From a virus, in the UHGV virus genome UHGV-0387913: a DNA stretch of 40,425 nucleotides. One strand, 5' to 3'. The position numbers were made by a program, and so were the translations under genes. Positions 28,563-36,267 of the stretch are shown one piece after another. Below the pieces are notes generated by a model. The model saw nothing but the letters and a program-made list of their open reading frames with translations. It made no database searches and was not told the origin of the DNA. The stretch's first letter is position 1. Each line of letters begins with the position of its first letter.

Positions 28563-29009
28563 TTACTTCTCCTTCTTTCGCACCAGCTTATCCCATGGGA
28601 TGTCCTGCTTAGGTTCCTTAATCCAAGATGCTGGTATTAATTTGTCAGCGTAGATTATACCATGTTTGGTACACCATTCGCCATAAGTTGTCTTGGAACC
28701 CTTGTACAGCTTGGCCTTACTGGAAGAGAACACAAGGCGTACCTTAATCTCAGGATATTGCTCCCGGATTAGAAGGTGTTTCTTGCGGTCATCTGAGTCC
28801 CAAAGACCCTTAAGCTCCACGATGATTCCATTAGGAAGCACCACGTCAGGGGTGTAAACGTGATTACTGGCTGGGATGACATAAGGAATCTTCCACATTT
28901 CATACTCAGCTTTCACCCCGTTGGCCTCAAGGACCTTCATGTTCTGTGCTTCTAGGCCACTTCGGTAGGCCCCAACCCGGCTTATGCCTTTAGCTCCGTA
29001 ACCTGCCAT
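28563..29009 (-). CDS. 3: Endonuclease I, a Holliday junction resolvase (gp3). The start is at the internal Met of MAGYGAKGI.
   Basis: The protein opens MAGYGAKGISRVGAYRSGLE and ends ...KHLLIREQYPE...KLYKGS...ADKLIPASWIKEPK, matching T7 gp3. The upstream part of the track ORF overlaps the HNH gene. Confidence 0.9.
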   Translation of the reverse strand: MAGYGAKGISRVGAYRSGLEAQNMKVLEANGVKAEYEMWKIPYVIPASNHVYTPDVVLPNGIIVELKGLWDSDDRKKHLLIREQYPEIKVRLVFSSSKAKLYKGSKTTYGEWCTKHGIIYADKLIPASWIKEPKQDIPWDKLVRKKEK

Positions 29010-29409
29010 GTCTCCTCCCGTTGCGTATGTCGCAGATGGTTTGCTGGGAAACATTGAAGGAACGAGCCAGTACCACACCGGACTCCGCCGATTGCATGAT
29101 GGATATAACATCCTCATCCTTCAGTTTATAACCCCTGTGGCTGCGGCCCTTTCCCACCATGTCCGACGAGTTCTCCTTAGGAGTACCAACAGTTAAGTGC
29201 TCAGGGTTGCAGCATCTGGGGTTATCGCATGAGTGAAGGACTGTTGAGCCTTTATGGGCTTCAGCCATAACACGGTGCACATACAGCAACTTCTTAGAAG
29301 AGCTACACCATACCTGACCGTAGCCCTTGTTGTTACAAGCTCCGCTCCATTCCCAGCATTCGGTGGGAGTCACCTTGACTCTCTCAAGGATTTTCTCCCG
29401 AAGTGTCAT
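28990..29409 (-). CDS. 2.8: HNH endonuclease (gp2.8-like).
   Basis: The 139-aa protein contains ECWEWSGACNNKGYGQV...YVHRVMAEAHKGSTVLHSCDNPRCCNPEHL. Its start overlaps the gp2.5 stop as TAATG. Confidence 0.8.
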   Translation of the reverse strand: MTLREKILERVKVTPTECWEWSGACNNKGYGQVWCSSSKKLLYVHRVMAEAHKGSTVLHSCDNPRCCNPEHLTVGTPKENSSDMVGKGRSHRGYKLKDEDVISIMQSAESGVVLARSFNVSQQTICDIRNGRRHGRLRS

Positions 29410-30104
29410 TAGAAGTCATCGTCTTCTTCAGCTTCGCCCTCGTCAGCTTCCTCACCAGACCAATCTTCCGGGTCTTCCTGAGGTTTACGGCTGCGAGATT
29501 CGTCAGCTTCATAACCACCTTCTACAGCTTCGTCAGCCCAGTCGTCTTCGCCACCACCAAAGGTAGCCAGTTCGACCAGCATGACGCCTTCCAGCTGCAA
29601 CTTAACTGAAGCACCAGCTACCGCAGACCAGCCGTACGGTACCAGCGAGAAGCGAATCTTCACTTTGGAGCCGCCACCGATAATCGGCACATCCTGAATG
29701 CGCTTGCCCTTAGCATCAACTACACCCAGAACAATCTTCTTTGTCTCGCCAGTCTTCTTGTCCTCGTACGAACCGTAGCACTTGAAGTTGAACGTGGTGG
29801 TACCATCCCCGTTGTCGAAGAACGGCATGTCGCCTTCGTACGGCTTCAGAGGTTTCTTACCCTTCTGAACCTTCGGCGGGTTCGCTTCGTGAGCTTCCAG
29901 ACGGGCCGCGTAGTTTTCCTCATGGGTCTTAACGATGAGGTCTACCAGCTCCTGACAGTCTTCGTTCTTGAACGTTACGGAACCCTTGTAGGTACCGCGT
30001 GGGTTCTCAAAACCCTCACCGCCATAGTCCGGCTTGTTGAAGTAAGCGTACGGCTCACAGGTACCAATCTTGGTGGTATAAATCTTCTTCTTAGCGAATG
30101 CCAT
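29409..30104 (-). CDS. 2.5: Single-stranded DNA-binding protein (gp2.5).
   Basis: The 231-aa protein has an acidic C-terminal tail ending DDF and contains KPLKPYEGDMPFFDNGDGTTTF and GASVKLQLEGVMLVELATFGGGEDDWADE, matching T7 gp2.5. Confidence 0.95.
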   Translation of the reverse strand: MAFAKKKIYTTKIGTCEPYAYFNKPDYGGEGFENPRGTYKGSVTFKNEDCQELVDLIVKTHEENYAARLEAHEANPPKVQKGKKPLKPYEGDMPFFDNGDGTTTFNFKCYGSYEDKKTGETKKIVLGVVDAKGKRIQDVPIIGGGSKVKIRFSLVPYGWSAVAGASVKLQLEGVMLVELATFGGGEDDWADEAVEGGYEADESRSRKPQEDPEDWSGEEADEGEAEEDDDF

Positions 30105-30146
30105 GATGAATCTCCTTTAAGTTTAAACAGTAAGAGGGACAGCCTG

Positions 30147-30169
30147 TGTCCCTATAGTGCTACCTAATG
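30147..30169 (-). promoter_or_regulatory. Phage RNAP promoter (phi2.5), variant CATTAGGTAGCACTATAGGGACA.
   Basis: Twenty-one of 23 positions match the consensus. The transcript 5' end can fold as GGGACACAGGCUGUCCC. Confidence 0.75.
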
Positions 30170-30334
30170 ACTACAGGTCGAACCGAAATTAGTATCCGGG
30201 CGTACCCGTGTCACTTGGCCCAACTCTTCGTACTCCGCCTCGGCAACTTCAAGGGCCTCTTCGAGAGACCCAGCGTGTACCGGGAGTTCATACGATGCGT
30301 TAGCTGTCTCGACCGTTACGATGAACTTTTGCAT
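30164..30334 (-). CDS. 2: Gp2-like inhibitor of host RNA polymerase.
   Basis: The protein reads MQKFIVTVETANASYELPVHAGSLEEALEVAEAEYEELGQVTRVRP, matching T7 Gp2 ([44 protein letters not shown]). The RBS AGGAG lies 7 nt upstream. The track extends this frame to a GTG at 30415 that overlaps the gp1.7 stop. Confidence 0.8.
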   Translation of the reverse strand: MQKFIVTVETANASYELPVHAGSLEEALEVAEAEYEELGQVTRVRPDTNFGSTCSH

Positions 30335-30411
30335 CTTCTCGCTCCTGCCACATGTTATACAATTCGATGTACACAGGGTCGAGCGTCTTCTCGTACTGTG
30401 CGCGGCACCAA

Positions 30412-30774
30412 TCACTCGGCGTCATAGCACAGACCCTTGTGTTTCCTGTACAGCTCAAGATAGAACGTAGCTTTCGCCATGTCTTTCTCTAAGGTAGCCA
30501 GCTCGGACTTCTTACCAGCACGAAGGCGGTACTTGAGGATGTTCCCGAGGCAGTACCCCTTGAACATCTCTTGGGTCATACTGCGAGCAATCACCTCGAT
30601 GGCCTCTACACCTTCGAACAGCTGGTAGTGACTCGGCGATGTAACACCGTCGTCTCCAACCTGTCTTTTAACTGGTTCAGGTTTAGCACCGCAGTCGCAC
30701 GCCATAAATGATCGTACCGAGCGGCAGTGACTTGCGTGTATGGTGATGCATGGTTTCGACTTATTCATTGACAA
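30412..30774 (-). CDS. 1.7: gp1.7, nucleotide kinase family. Only the C-terminal domain is present (120 aa against 196 in T7).
   Basis: The sequence PSHYQLFEGVEAIEVIARSMTQEMFKGYCLGNILKYRLRAGKKSELATLEKDMAKATFY matches the T7 gp1.7 C-terminal half. Confidence 0.85.
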   Translation of the reverse strand: MSMNKSKPCITIHASHCRSVRSFMACDCGAKPEPVKRQVGDDGVTSPSHYQLFEGVEAIEVIARSMTQEMFKGYCLGNILKYRLRAGKKSELATLEKDMAKATFYLELYRKHKGLCYDAE

Positions 30775-31024
30775 CCTCCTTGATGCGCTCCCAGAACAGG
30801 CGAATACGCGGCCACTTGGTTACCACAACGGGTACGAAAGGACGGCTCTTAGTCTGAGCCAATTCGTAGAGACCGCGAGTAACCAAGAGGTGCACGCTCG
30901 GTGCCAGCTCGAAGGTATCACCTATGAACGGAATCTTACCGTGGCGCTCAGAGGCTGCTACAGTGCTGCGGTCTTCCCGGCGAACCGAGAAGATACCATT
31001 GGATTTATTGAAGTGTAAGCGCAT
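30761..31024 (-). CDS. 1.6: gp1.6-like protein.
   Basis: The protein is 87 aa (T7 gp1.6 is 88). The RBS AAAGGAG overlaps the stop of the upstream peptide. Confidence 0.7.
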   Translation of the reverse strand: MRLHFNKSNGIFSVRREDRSTVAASERHGKIPFIGDTFELAPSVHLLVTRGLYELAQTKSRPFVPVVVTKWPRIRLFWERIKEVVNE

Positions 31025-31027
31025 GGT

Positions 31028-31114
31028 TTATGCTCCTTTAGGTGGCTCGTCGTTCATCGACCACACGATAGCCGCGAGGATGAACACGATGATTAGAATC
31101 AGATTGATGGACAT
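31028..31114 (-). CDS. gp1.5-like hydrophobic peptide of 28 aa.
   Basis: Manual translation gives MSINLILIIVFILAAIVWSMNDEPPKGA. T7 gp1.5 is 29 aa. The ORF sits directly downstream of the phi1.5 promoter. Confidence 0.45.
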   Translation of the reverse strand: MSINLILIIVFILAAIVWSMNDEPPKGA

Positions 31115-31121
31115 ATTGTTG

Positions 31122-31143
31122 TCTCCTATAGTGCTACCTAATT
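31122..31143 (-). promoter_or_regulatory. Phage RNAP promoter (phi1.5/1.6 analogue), variant AATTAGGTAGCACTATAGGAGAC.
   Basis: The site has one deletion in the GGGAGA initiation region. It overlaps the ligase stop. Confidence 0.6.
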
Positions 31144-32179
31144 ACATCTTAACGGTAGGGTCAGCCTCGGTACCACGCCATTTGTCGAACGATGGGTGAC
31201 GAAGAGAGCCATCTGGAGTCTCCTCCATGTACTTGATTTGACACGCCCAGCCCTCGTAAGGGTTAATTGATGTGTCAGTCGCCCAATTCTCGTCGAAGGT
31301 TTTGACTTTTGCGGTGAACTCGTCCATCAGCGCTTGGCTAATGTTGTTCGCGGACACTACTCGACCAGACTCAAGGAGAACCTCGAAGCCAATCACCTTG
31401 CCCTCGTTGGCAAGACCAGGAGTCCCCCAGTTGAGTCCTACAACGACACCGTCAGCCTCGTTCTCTGGCTTCAGTTTCCACCAGCCGGACTTCTTACCGC
31501 GCTTGTAGATACCGCGAGGGTCCTTAACCACCAAACCTTCGTGACCTTCTTCGCGTTTCTGTCGGTAAAGCGCATCGAGTTCGTCCATGTCGTAAACTTC
31601 ATGGGACTCTGAGAGGCACCACTCGACTTCAGGGAAGTGGTCTTGCAGGACTGGTAAGGCTACCTTGACGTGCTCAAGGCGCAGCAGGGTCATCACGTTG
31701 TATTCATCACCGGACTCGATAATGTCAAGCGGAATGATGTCGTAGAGGACAACTTTTAGTTGCTTGGTATCCAGCTCGAAAGGTTCCTTCTTACCCTTCA
31801 CCACGCCATCCTTGCTGGAGTACATCCAGTTTGTCTCTTTGAGCCACTTTGTGCGCAGCAGTCCAGACCCTGTGTTGAAGTCCACGCCTTTGACCATCAG
31901 CTCACCATCCAGCATAAAGCCATCCGGGAAAATCCAGCGGTCATCCTTCAGCAACTTCTGCCAGCGCTGGTCGAAACCGTTGAGGTGCTCAAGGGCCGGA
32001 ATGGTCTTGGAGACCCGGCTGAGCCACGCAGCGTTTGCTGTGTTGTCCACGCAAATGTTCCCGCGTACGCCATCGTGCTTAGTGTCTGCGATTAGGTAGC
32101 CGGAAGTCTCCAGTGCCTTCTCGATAGCAGAGCGGACGTATGATACAGCCTTAAAGGGGTTGGTCTTAATGTTCATCAT
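31142..32179 (-). CDS. 1.3: ATP-dependent DNA ligase (gp1.3).
   Basis: The protein opens MMNIKTNPFKAVSYVRSAIEKALETSGYLIADTKHDGVRGNICVDNTAN, which includes the KxDG adenylation motif, and contains EGHEGLVVKDP and KSGWWKLKPENEADG, nearly identical to T7 ligase. Confidence 0.95.
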   Translation of the reverse strand: MMNIKTNPFKAVSYVRSAIEKALETSGYLIADTKHDGVRGNICVDNTANAAWLSRVSKTIPALEHLNGFDQRWQKLLKDDRWIFPDGFMLDGELMVKGVDFNTGSGLLRTKWLKETNWMYSSKDGVVKGKKEPFELDTKQLKVVLYDIIPLDIIESGDEYNVMTLLRLEHVKVALPVLQDHFPEVEWCLSESHEVYDMDELDALYRQKREEGHEGLVVKDPRGIYKRGKKSGWWKLKPENEADGVVVGLNWGTPGLANEGKVIGFEVLLESGRVVSANNISQALMDEFTAKVKTFDENWATDTSINPYEGWACQIKYMEETPDGSLRHPSFDKWRGTEADPTVKM

Positions 32180-32258
32180 GGTGATGTCTCCGAAGTGTAG
32201 TGTTCATTTAGTGTGCAATAAGCAATCATAAAGGCCACCGGAATCCGATGACCTTGAG

Positions 32259-32281
32259 TCTGCCTATAGTGCTACCTAATC
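32259..32281 (-). promoter_or_regulatory. Phage RNAP promoter (phi1.3), variant GATTAGGTAGCACTATAGGCAGA, with the adjacent R1.3-type hairpin at 32215..32258.
   Basis: The promoter core is conserved. The upstream motif is atcataaaggccaccggaatccgatgaccttgagt. Confidence 0.7.
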
Positions 32282-32537
32282 ACCTCCAACTTGCGTAGTC
32301 GGTAGTGAGTTTTGCCAGCCAGTCTGACGCCGAGTCAATTGACCAGCGGCTGAATGCTTTTGATACCAGAAGTTCCCCTCTCGGCTCATACACTGAAAGC
32401 GAGACTGTATGGTTCCACGTGTGGTACTCCATGACCACCCTTAACATCGTCTCGTCCAGTAGTCTGCGCTCGGTGGCTCCCAACCGAGACCATTGGGCTG
32501 TGCTGCCATCAAATAGGTACTTAGCTTGTACGGCCAT
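32280..32537 (-). CDS. 1.2: gp1.2-like protein (dGTPase inhibitor slot).
   Basis: The protein is 85 aa, the same length and position as T7 gp1.2. Sequence similarity is weak. Confidence 0.6.
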   Translation of the reverse strand: MAVQAKYLFDGSTAQWSRLGATERRLLDETMLRVVMEYHTWNHTVSLSVYEPRGELLVSKAFSRWSIDSASDWLAKLTTDYASWR

Positions 32538-32540
32538 TTG

Positions 32541-32750
32541 TTACGCTCCTACGAAGTATTTCTCTTGGTTAACAACGCTGTCACCCTTCGCGTTACGGAA
32601 GGAACCCTTCACGCCACCACCGCGTTTCGTCTTGTTCAGCTTGCGGCCCTTAGGGATATAACCCTCGGTCTGCTGACGTTCACGGCTGCGCTCGAAGTTG
32701 ATTGTGTTCTGATACATAGTGTTGCTCCTGTGTATTGGTGTTAGGGACAT
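32541..32750 (-). CDS. 1.1: gp1.1-like basic protein.
   Basis: The sequence ...EGYIPKGRKLNKTKRGGGVKGS matches the T7 gp1.1 motif ATKGRKLNKTKRDRSHK. Confidence 0.7.
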   Translation of the reverse strand: MSLTPIHRSNTMYQNTINFERSRERQQTEGYIPKGRKLNKTKRGGGVKGSFRNAKGDSVVNQEKYFVGA

Positions 32751-32782
32751 TCATGAAGGCCACCAGATGATGACCTTGAGTA

Positions 32783-32805
32783 TGTTCCTATAGTGCTACC
32801 TAATC
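32783..32805 (-). promoter_or_regulatory. Phage RNAP promoter (phi1.1B analogue), variant GATTAGGTAGCACTATAGGAACA, with the R1.1-type hairpin at 32745..32783.
   Basis: Positions -17 to -1 are conserved. The upstream motif is tcatgaaggccaccagatgatgaccttgagt. Confidence 0.65.
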
Positions 32806-33385
32806 ATACCTTGCCGTGGCGGAACTCGATGCGGCCTACTACTTCGTTCTTATAGTAGACGAACTGCTTACGCTCGCCGTTGGTGCACAGCTGGTCTATC
32901 AGATAGCGGTCTTCCAGCTCGGTCCAGCGGAGGGACTTGACATGCAGACCGCAAGGCCCTAGTCCTAACTTAAAGAGAGTCTTTACTGGCTGTCCGTCAG
33001 GTAATCGTGCGGTGAACTTAACGTGAATCAGGTCGGAGACCATCAGCAGCTCGTTCAGTAACTCATCGTTGTGCTTACGGAGATGCTTCATTCGGTCACG
33101 CTGGGTTGCGATGCGACCACTTAAAGTCATTACCCTGTCTTTCTCAGCATCCAGTAGGTCCTCAATGTGCCGTAACCTTCGGTAGCATGACGCTCTGTCC
33201 TCTTCTGCCCGACGTACCTCGGTGGCAGCTGACTCTAGGGCCTGTTTGTGTGTTTCCACCTTTGAGCTAAGAGTGCTCTGTAGGTCGGTTGCGTTCAGAA
33301 CAGACCGGATGAACAGGATGGTTACAACGATTAACAAGATGGTTACAATGATTAACAAGATGGTTACAATGATTGAGTAAGTCAT
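32804..33385 (-). CDS. Hypothetical 193-aa protein with an N-terminal transmembrane repeat, a central coiled coil and a Cys-containing C-terminal domain. It lies between gene 1 and gene 1.1 and has no T7 counterpart.
   Basis: The RBS AAAGAGGU lies 5 nt upstream, and the phage promoter at 33443-65 drives it. The sequence begins MTYSIIVTILLIIVTILLIVVTILFIRSV, continues with a charged helical segment (KQALESAATEVRRAEEDRASCYRRLRHIEDLLDAEKDR...), and ends in a C-terminal domain ...GLGPCGLHVKSL...CTNGERKQFVYYKNEVVGRIEF. Confidence 0.75.
   Translation of the reverse strand: MTYSIIVTILLIIVTILLIVVTILFIRSVLNATDLQSTLSSKVETHKQALESAATEVRRAEEDRASCYRRLRHIEDLLDAEKDRVMTLSGRIATQRDRMKHLRKHNDELLNELLMVSDLIHVKFTARLPDGQPVKTLFKLGLGPCGLHVKSLRWTELEDRYLIDQLCTNGERKQFVYYKNEVVGRIEFRHGKV
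33306..33370 (-). repeat. In-frame 21-bp x3 tandem repeat (gatggttacaatgattaacaa) inside the 193-aa ORF. It encodes IIVTILL, IIVTILL, IVVTILF.
   Basis: Three direct copies are visible, and the first and third are imperfect. Each copy encodes one 7-aa unit of the TM helix. Confidence 0.8.
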
Positions 33386-33442
33386 GGCGTACCTCTTTAA
33401 GTTTACTTTAAGTTGTCTTTAAGTATATGGACCCAGAGAGCG

Positions 33443-33465
33443 GGTCCCTATAGTGCTACCTAATT
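33443..33465 (-). promoter_or_regulatory. Phage RNAP promoter (phi1.1A analogue), variant AATTAGGTAGCACTATAGGGACC.
   Basis: Twenty-one of 23 positions match the consensus. It sits immediately after the RNAP stop. The transcript 5' end can fold as GGGACCCGCUCUCUGGGUCC. Confidence 0.75.
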
Positions 33466-33475
33466 ACCGGAGACC

Positions 33476-36196
33476 TCACGCAAACGCAAAGTCAGACTCT
33501 AAGATATCGCGCAGATTCAGGTCCCCTTTAGCTGGTACCTCAGGCATCTTGTCGAGCTGAGACTCGTGCAGCTGGTCAGCGAACTGGTCATAGAAGTCTG
33601 CAATCACATCGTTATCCTCGTAAGTCTTCACCATGGTCTCACGAACCGCCTTGAACAGGTTGCCAGCGTCTGCCGGAATGGTACCGAAGGAGTCGTGAAT
33701 GAGCGCAAAGGAGCCAATCCCGTAGACCTCGTTAGCGTGCACTACGGTCATACGTAGGTGGCTACCATCCTGTGAGTGCACAAAGTTAGGCGCGATGCCT
33801 GACTCTTGCTTGTGCGCGTCAATCTCTTTGGTGTCCCCTTTGTTGTACGTCATAAATACGTTAGCCTGGCCCAGAAACGTCAGCTTCAGGCGCGCTTGGT
33901 CACGCTTGTGGTATTCTTGCCACACCGGGAATCCGTCTGGTGTAACCCAGTGGATTGCGCAGCGCTTGCGCAGTACCTCTTTAGTCTTCTTGTCCTTAAC
34001 TTCAGCGGCCAACAGCTTAGCGGCAGACTTCAGCCAGTTCATCGCTTCGACAGCGGCCACTACGGTCACGGTCACAGCATCCCAAATCAGCTTAGCCATG
34101 TAGCCAGCCGCTTGGTTCGGATGAGTGAACATCAAGCCATCACCATTATCAATAGCGGGCTGCACGGTATCCTCAAGAACTTGCTGGCGGAACCCGAACT
34201 CCTTGGAACCATACGCCAACGTCATGACTGAACGCTTAGTCACCTTGCGGGTCACACCATATTGCAACCACTGCGCGGCCATTACGGACTCGCCAAGTGT
34301 TACCTTCTCGCGGAACTCCCCAGTCTCCTTGTCGGCAATCTGCTCGACCACCGTCTGAGACCCGTTGACGACGTGTTGATGGAGCACCTCGTTGACCTTG
34401 TCGGCAACAATCTTGTAGATATCCTGCACGGTGTCGGAAGGCAGTAGGTTTACTGCGCGGCCACCGATAGAATCACGGAGCATTGCGCTGAAGTGTTGAA
34501 TCCCAGAGCAAGACCCATCGAACGCCAGTGGCAACGAGCAGTTGTAATTCAGGCCGTGATGCTTAACACCAGCATACTCGAAACAGAACGCTAAGAAACA
34601 GAATGGTGAATCTTGCTGAGTCCACCACGTGTTATTCAACGGGTCAGCTGCGCTCGCCAGAATGTTGCCCTCGTTCTCTTCGATAAACTTGATGCGCTCA
34701 GGGAATGGGACTTTATCTACACCAGCACAGTTTGCACCGTGAATCTTCAGCCAGTAGAACCCGTCGAGGCCGATTGGCTTACCTTTGGCCAGCGTAAGCA
34801 TACCCTTGGTCATGTCGTTACCTTGAGGGTTGAACATGCTCACAGCGTACACACGACCGCGCCAGTCCATGTTGTAAGGGAACCAAATGGCCTTGTGGTT
34901 TGCGAACTTATTGGCCTGTGACACCATGAACTCCATTGACAGGCGGCGAGACTGGCGAGCTTTGTCCTTACGGTAGACCGCTGCGGCCTCCTTGCGCCAA
35001 GCCTTGCGTGCCACCTCGTTGGTGTCGATATCGTCCGGGCGCGGTGGTAACTCTTCACGCTCAATCGCCGGGACATCACCTACCGGGCAGTGCTTCCAGT
35101 TGACAATCTCGTTGACTACCGCCAGCACCTTCTTGTTCACCTTCCACGGCGTGTTTTGTGCGAGGTTAACCGCCTTGTACACCTCAGGCATGTGAACATC
35201 TTCGTAGCGACGCAGCGCCTTCTTGGAGTGGGTACGCACCAGTGCCAGCGGGCGACGACCTACTGACCAGTACCCACCGCCTACAGTTCCAACCCAAGGT
35301 TTCGGAGGGACCACACAGGGCTGGTACATTGGGCTGATACCTGCAAGTGCGCCCGCTCGTTTACTCAGGAGTTCCACAAAGGCCGGAGCCAGCTGTACCA
35401 TTTGCATACTGGTGACATCATCCGAACCGTCCGCCATCTTGTTCTTGGTCATTTCCACCAGACCCGTGCCCTCGATGAGTAGCTCAAGCAGCTTGGTTCC
35501 TACGTGCATCTGCTCGTCGGTCTTCCAGCTCGCCCAGTTGTCACCACCCAGCATCCCTTTTGATATCATATCAGACTCGACAACTTGCATAAATGCCTTC
35601 TTATACACGTGGCCCACCCGCTTGTCCAGCTGGTCCGCTACGTTCTTCTTGAAGTAGGTGGCTTCCTGCTCGCGGATACGACCGAAGCGCGCCTCATCCT
35701 CAAGGGCCTTACCTAACTGCGAGGACACCTGCTGGATGGTGGCCTTAGAGGCGTCTGTGAGCGTCCCTAAGACGACCTTAATGGTCAGTAGTGCGATAGC
35801 CTCACTGGACACTCCGCGCTTCTCGTTGAGCACCTCAGCGCCCATACTAATGGCTAACTCTGAGGCCACGCCGTGCTTAATCGGGTAGTATGCGCGAGGC
35901 TTCTTACCACGTGCGGTTGCTTGCTCCTCTTTCCAATCGTTAATACGTTTGGTTAACTGCGGGTGCAGCGTTAGGACCAGCGGCTTAGCGGCCACGTTGT
36001 CAGCGAACTCGCCAGCCTTGACCTGACGTTCTAACATCTTCAGGAAACGCTGTTCGCCCAGCTCGTATGCTTCATGCTCAAGCGCCAGCTGTTCACGCGC
36101 CAGCTTATCCCCGTAGTGCTCGCTGAGGATGTTGTAAGGGATGGCAGCTAGCTCAATCTCGGAGAAGTCATTACGTGCAATGTTTAATGCGTTCAT
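33476..36196 (-). CDS. 1: Single-subunit DNA-dependent RNA polymerase (gene 1), 906 aa.
   Basis: The protein opens MNALNIARNDFSEIELAAIPYNILSEHYGDKLAREQLALEHEAYELGE and contains ...AIWFPYNMDWRGRVYAVSMFNPQGNDMTKG...PLAFDGSCSGIQHFSAM...ALIHDSFGT...LNLRDILESDFAFA, matching T7 RNAP. The catalytic D537 and D812 equivalents are present. Confidence 0.97.
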   Translation of the reverse strand: MNALNIARNDFSEIELAAIPYNILSEHYGDKLAREQLALEHEAYELGEQRFLKMLERQVKAGEFADNVAAKPLVLTLHPQLTKRINDWKEEQATARGKKPRAYYPIKHGVASELAISMGAEVLNEKRGVSSEAIALLTIKVVLGTLTDASKATIQQVSSQLGKALEDEARFGRIREQEATYFKKNVADQLDKRVGHVYKKAFMQVVESDMISKGMLGGDNWASWKTDEQMHVGTKLLELLIEGTGLVEMTKNKMADGSDDVTSMQMVQLAPAFVELLSKRAGALAGISPMYQPCVVPPKPWVGTVGGGYWSVGRRPLALVRTHSKKALRRYEDVHMPEVYKAVNLAQNTPWKVNKKVLAVVNEIVNWKHCPVGDVPAIEREELPPRPDDIDTNEVARKAWRKEAAAVYRKDKARQSRRLSMEFMVSQANKFANHKAIWFPYNMDWRGRVYAVSMFNPQGNDMTKGMLTLAKGKPIGLDGFYWLKIHGANCAGVDKVPFPERIKFIEENEGNILASAADPLNNTWWTQQDSPFCFLAFCFEYAGVKHHGLNYNCSLPLAFDGSCSGIQHFSAMLRDSIGGRAVNLLPSDTVQDIYKIVADKVNEVLHQHVVNGSQTVVEQIADKETGEFREKVTLGESVMAAQWLQYGVTRKVTKRSVMTLAYGSKEFGFRQQVLEDTVQPAIDNGDGLMFTHPNQAAGYMAKLIWDAVTVTVVAAVEAMNWLKSAAKLLAAEVKDKKTKEVLRKRCAIHWVTPDGFPVWQEYHKRDQARLKLTFLGQANVFMTYNKGDTKEIDAHKQESGIAPNFVHSQDGSHLRMTVVHANEVYGIGSFALIHDSFGTIPADAGNLFKAVRETMVKTYEDNDVIADFYDQFADQLHESQLDKMPEVPAKGDLNLRDILESDFAFA

Positions 36197-36221
36197 TGTG
36201 TGCCTCTTTGTGAATAAAGTT

Positions 36222-36260
36222 TATCTATTGGTGCCTCTTGCATGAGAGACACCTAAGATA
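36222..36260 (-). promoter_or_regulatory. Hairpin in the 0.7-to-1 intergenic region, a possible R1 RNase III site.
   Basis: The imperfect inverted repeat ggtgcctc ttgcatga gagacacc is flanked by tatct/agata. Confidence 0.3.
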
Positions 36261-36267
36261 CACCTTG

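Noticed and set aside
30335-30415. An N-terminal extension of the Gp2-like ORF, with a GTG start at 30415.
   Set aside because: The internal ATG at 30334 has a good RBS, and homology to T7 Gp2 begins there. The extension is more likely read-through of the open frame or a separate gp1.8-like peptide.
33306-33370. The 21-bp x3 direct repeat, considered as a possible CRISPR array or iteron set.
   Set aside because: The units are contiguous with no spacers and lie in-frame inside a coding sequence. It is a coding tandem duplication, not a CRISPR array. An origin-iteron role cannot be excluded but is unsupported.
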